Positions 60,712 to 64,000 of a stretch of DNA of 64,000 nucleotides are shown in pieces (position 1 is the first letter of the stretch; every line of letters starts with the position of its first letter). A program made the position numbers and the translations under genes. The notes under the pieces were generated by a model. That model did no database searches. It saw only the letters and a list, made by a program, of their open reading frames with translations, and had not been told where the DNA came from. Source of the DNA: an uncultured delta proteobacterium (GTDB lineage: Bacteria; Desulfobacterota; Binatia; UBA9968); NCBI GenBank assembly GCA_963745835.1, contig CAVUZH010000014.1:384001-448000 (forward strand), read 5' to 3'.

Positions 60712-62265
60712 ATGTACAACAGCTATTTTGGGTTTTCGGTCTCGCCTTTCAGTGTCAGTCCTGATCCGAGTTTTTTTTATACCAATCCGGTTTACCAGGA
60801 AGCTTATGCCAATCTGCAGGATGGTATTAAGTCCAAGAAGGGCTTAATCATCATTACGGGCAAGGCGGGAACAGGCAAAACCACATTGCTGCGGAAACTG
60901 ATGACGGACCACCTACACGGACCCATACAGACGGTGTTCGTATCCAAGACGTACCTGGATTTCACTGAATTACTCCAAGTAATTCATCACGACTTGGGTT
61001 TGGGCATTGATGACGCAAACAAGCTAAGTCTGCTTCAGGAGCTTAACGAGTACCTGATCACGCAGCTCAAGCAGTCTCATGTTGTGTCGGTGCTAGTTGA
61101 TGAAGCTCAATACCTGAGCGATGATGCTCTCGAAGGTCTGAGACTTCTCTCAAAACTCGAAATTAATCAGGAGAGGCTGATTCAGATCGTGCTCATGGGT
61201 CGGCCTGAGCTTCGGGCAAAACTAGAGCGACCTACTCTCCCGCAGCTCAAACAGCGAGTGGCGCTTCAATGTCGAGTCTTTCCCCTTATACGCTCGGAGG
61301 TCGGTCCATATATAGATTTTCGACTGCGGGCTGCGGGGTACACGAGCAATGATCTATTTTCTCCTGATGCCGTTCGGCTGATTGCGACCTGTTCGTATGG
61401 TATTCCCCGGCTGGTGAACATAATCTGTGATAATGCGCTACTCACCGCCTATTCAGGCGATCAGAAAAATGTTTCTGCGGAGGTGATCAAGCAAGTTACT
61501 CGCGATCTCAGTTCAGGGTTAGAAGAACAGTCCGCTCAAGCCGAGATCGCGCCTGCTGTTGCGGTGACTAAGCCCGAAGCGGCAATGCCTGAGGATGGCC
61601 GCTTTCCCTCGCTCGCCGAGCCAGTTACGCCGCGCTTACAACGACAACGACGCAACAGAAGTTTGACCTGGGTACCGCTAGGCGCGGCCCTAGCGCTGGT
61701 TGCGCTTGGGGGTGCCGCGGCTACCCTCTATTCACCGCGAATCAAGGGCTACCTCGCACAAGTGACGTCACCGGAAAATCGCCGCTTAGCAACACAGTAT
61801 CTTTATCAAAATCGTTCAGTGACTTTTAAAACGAGCGCACCTGAGGTTTCGGTGCCACCGTGGGAGGGTGCCGCCCGCGACCGCGCCGAACCCGAGAACT
61901 CTGCCAAGGATCGGCTTTCATTTCCGCAAGGCACGCCTGACCCCGAACAAGCGCAGCCGCAAGAAAGCCCACCCAAAAAGAAAGACCCGCGTTTAGGAGT
62001 TTTTGAAGTTGTCGGGGGCTCATCATTTCTGCGCGGCAGTCCTGGTCCGAACGCCGAAATCGTCGCCACCCTGGAGCCCTCTACACGTGTCAAGGTAGTA
62101 ACTGCGCGAGGAGATTACCTTCAAGTACAGGCGGTCTTGGAAGGCAAGACCATTCGTGGCTATGTTCATCGCGAAGATGCTCATTTTGAGCGGCCAAAAA
62201 AAGACAGCAGCGGGCCAATGGGACCAGTGTCACTACCGGAATCAACTGATAAAACGAATCGCTGA
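60712..62265 (+). CDS. ExeA/GspA-like AAA ATPase with TM helix and C-terminal SH3-like domain
   Basis: MYNSYFGF...PFSVSPDP, GKAGTGKTT, LVDEAQ, GIPRLVNIICDNAL; TM; LRGSPG...GYVH. Confidence 0.88.
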   Translation: MYNSYFGFSVSPFSVSPDPSFFYTNPVYQEAYANLQDGIKSKKGLIIITGKAGTGKTTLLRKLMTDHLHGPIQTVFVSKTYLDFTELLQVIHHDLGLGIDDANKLSLLQELNEYLITQLKQSHVVSVLVDEAQYLSDDALEGLRLLSKLEINQERLIQIVLMGRPELRAKLERPTLPQLKQRVALQCRVFPLIRSEVGPYIDFRLRAAGYTSNDLFSPDAVRLIATCSYGIPRLVNIICDNALLTAYSGDQKNVSAEVIKQVTRDLSSGLEEQSAQAEIAPAVAVTKPEAAMPEDGRFPSLAEPVTPRLQRQRRNRSLTWVPLGAALALVALGGAAATLYSPRIKGYLAQVTSPENRRLATQYLYQNRSVTFKTSAPEVSVPPWEGAARDRAEPENSAKDRLSFPQGTPDPEQAQPQESPPKKKDPRLGVFEVVGGSSFLRGSPGPNAEIVATLEPSTRVKVVTARGDYLQVQAVLEGKTIRGYVHREDAHFERPKKDSSGPMGPVSLPESTDKTNR

Positions 62266-62420
62266 GAGCCGCGAAATCGTAAGTCAGAGTCGGGCGCTAC
62301 TTCTAAGAAGCATGTATCTGGCGGAACGAACGAACTAAGTCTTAACGGGACAATGCCGGCAGTCGGACACCGACCAAAGTGTTTCGGAATATCCGTCTGC
62401 GTTGAATCCGCTTCCGTCGC

Positions 62421-63035
62421 TCACCAGCGCCTATCCTTTTCGCGCACGACATCCTTTGGCTCTTTATCCTCTCGCAACCCGCAGAACTTAGAATGCCGCA
62501 AATGGCCGTCCGGCGTCCACTCGGTAAGTTCGATCTGCGCGACAAGCTGCGGTTTGAGCCAAATGCAGTTCTTCATTTCCTCGCGGGTGAGCGAGAACTG
62601 GGTGCGTTTCTTCTCAGGCAGGTTGGCAAACGGATACAGAGGCGCCTCCAATCCTTTCAGCTTCCGCCAAACTTCACGACGCAGGCGAGGCACGAAGCCG
62701 TTTCGAACTTTAGCAGCATAGGTCAGCTTGTCGCCTTCATAGTAGCCGACGGTCACTGCATCGAGCGGATTGCCCGGCGTGTAGCCGCCGATGACGAACT
62801 CTTGTGATTTGTTGACCTTGTACTTCACCCAAGCGCCGCTGCGCTTGCCGGATTCGTAGAAAGAGTCTTTGCGCTTGGCGATCACACCTTCGAACCCGAA
62901 CTCCTTGACGACTTGGATCAGTTCGGCGGGACTTGCATCGATGCTCTCCGATAGCGAGATTGCGGTGGCTTTTCGGGTGAGCGGTTTCATTAAGTCGCTC
63001 AGCACTTCCCGTCGTTTCGACAGTGGCTCATTGAC
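62421..63035 (-). pseudogene. ATP-dependent DNA ligase (LigD-type), C-terminal fragment
   Basis: EGVIAKRKDSFYESGKRSGAWVKYK, EFVIGGYT, WTPDGHLRH...GLREDK; catalytic KxDG motif absent. Confidence 0.85.
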
Positions 63036-63651
63036 TAAATTGATCCCTAGAAATGTATTGCTCGTCGCGGGTATTTGGTTCGTCTTATTTCCGGCGATCT
63101 CGTACGGGCAAAGCGCAGAAGCGCCGGTGTACAAAGATGGTGATTGGTGGCGCATCAAGCAGGAAATAACTCGCGTGGGATTCGATGTTTCCGGTCCGTG
63201 TTCGGAAGCATACGCAGAGTATGTCGTTAGAATAGCCGGCGGAAAGCCGAATGTCTTTGGCCTGACAAGTGACGGAGAAACTGCTACAGACTGCCCTTTG
63301 ATCGCGGCAAAAGTCTTAGGTAGAGCTGATTTAAAGTTTCCATTATATGTAGGTCTGTCTTGGTCGGAGCGCGGTTCCAGACAAGTCCCTGGGATGAGAC
63401 CTACCTCGGTGGACTATAAGTATGAAGTCAATGCCTGGGAGAAAATAAAGACTCCCAAGGGCGAGTTCGAGGCTTTTAAGGTTGTGAAGTCTTTTCTCCT
63501 TTCGCAACCTGGCGGTAAAGGTATTAAGCCTCGTTGGCAGATTCAGACCTACTATTACGCCCCGGCACTCAAAGCGGTTGTTCATTATCGTGCTGAGGAC
63601 GAGGGTTTTACGGCAACTACTACACTTGTGGATTCTAACTTGGTCCAATGA
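63031..63651 (+). CDS. Exported hypothetical protein
   Basis: Signal-like helix, APVYKDGDWW, WEKIKTPKGEFEAFKV, YYAP; start uncertain. Confidence 0.6.
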   Translation: MTKLIPRNVLLVAGIWFVLFPAISYGQSAEAPVYKDGDWWRIKQEITRVGFDVSGPCSEAYAEYVVRIAGGKPNVFGLTSDGETATDCPLIAAKVLGRADLKFPLYVGLSWSERGSRQVPGMRPTSVDYKYEVNAWEKIKTPKGEFEAFKVVKSFLLSQPGGKGIKPRWQIQTYYYAPALKAVVHYRAEDEGFTATTTLVDSNLVQ

Positions 63652-64000
63652 GTGTTGCCATCAGTCAGCTCATGAAAAACTTCAATTCGACCGGCCTAGG
63701 GTTATTTGACATTTCTATCGAAAAGATTCACGAGCCAATGCACTGAATACTCAGCGCGACTTCAAGAAGATAAGAAAATCCGACAGCAAAAGTTTCGCAA
63801 TAGGTTAGCTATCTCAAAGGCGTCCATATTATAAACCTTATTATAAACCTTGTCGCACAACCTGCATTTGCGACCCATATTCGAATCGAGGTAATGCAAT
63901 GGCCTTTACTATCAACCAAATTAAGACATACCGCCGTTGGTTTGGATGGGGGTTTGTCGGATCATTTTTAGTGTTCGCGATTCTATTAGCGGTTGTGCTG

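Noticed and set aside
62421-63158. Full 245-aa ligase ORF as given in the track
   Set aside because: The first ~40 residues are the antisense of the neighbouring gene, and the adenylation lysine motif is missing.
1-64000. CRISPR array, rRNA, IS transposase, reverse transcriptase or retron
   Set aside because: No regularly spaced repeats or matching protein motifs were seen; the 41-kb structured repeats have no RT or Cas neighbour.

Overview
Bacterial genomic DNA. Its gene content (many ABC_sub_bind-type substrate-binding proteins, many USPs, NtrC-type regulators) suggests a Binatia/Deltaproteobacteria-like soil MAG, but that assignment is inference. The left ~37.4 kb is a redox/nitrosative/general-stress island. 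It carries a quinol-type NO reductase cut by the window edge, two hemerythrin-fold proteins, two stand-alone diiron proteins (PaaA-like and BoxB-like), a ferritin-like protein, Dps, Fe/Mn SOD, OsmC, a CDF exporter, two DoxX proteins, a Rieske-FAD oxidoreductase, transaldolase, seven USP genes or fragments, a sensor-less sigma54 activator and a PAS-kinase/NtrC pair. About 12 sigma54-type -24/-12 promoters occur in this region, and two different recurring upstream motifs appear to split them into two sub-regulons. From ~38 kb on the window is a decayed mosaic island. It is anchored at a 3' half of tRNA-Arg(UCG) between two tyrosine-recombinase genes, and includes a HEPN-like/Zn-ribbon cargo gene, a duplicated promoter-driven ~80-nt structured element, SBP paralogs, SRAP, small membrane proteins, SulP, an ExeA-like ATPase and a LigD fragment. 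Many genes carry single-base frameshifts, several in homopolymers, so some 'pseudogenes' may be sequencing errors. All family assignments come from motif recognition by eye; no searches were run.
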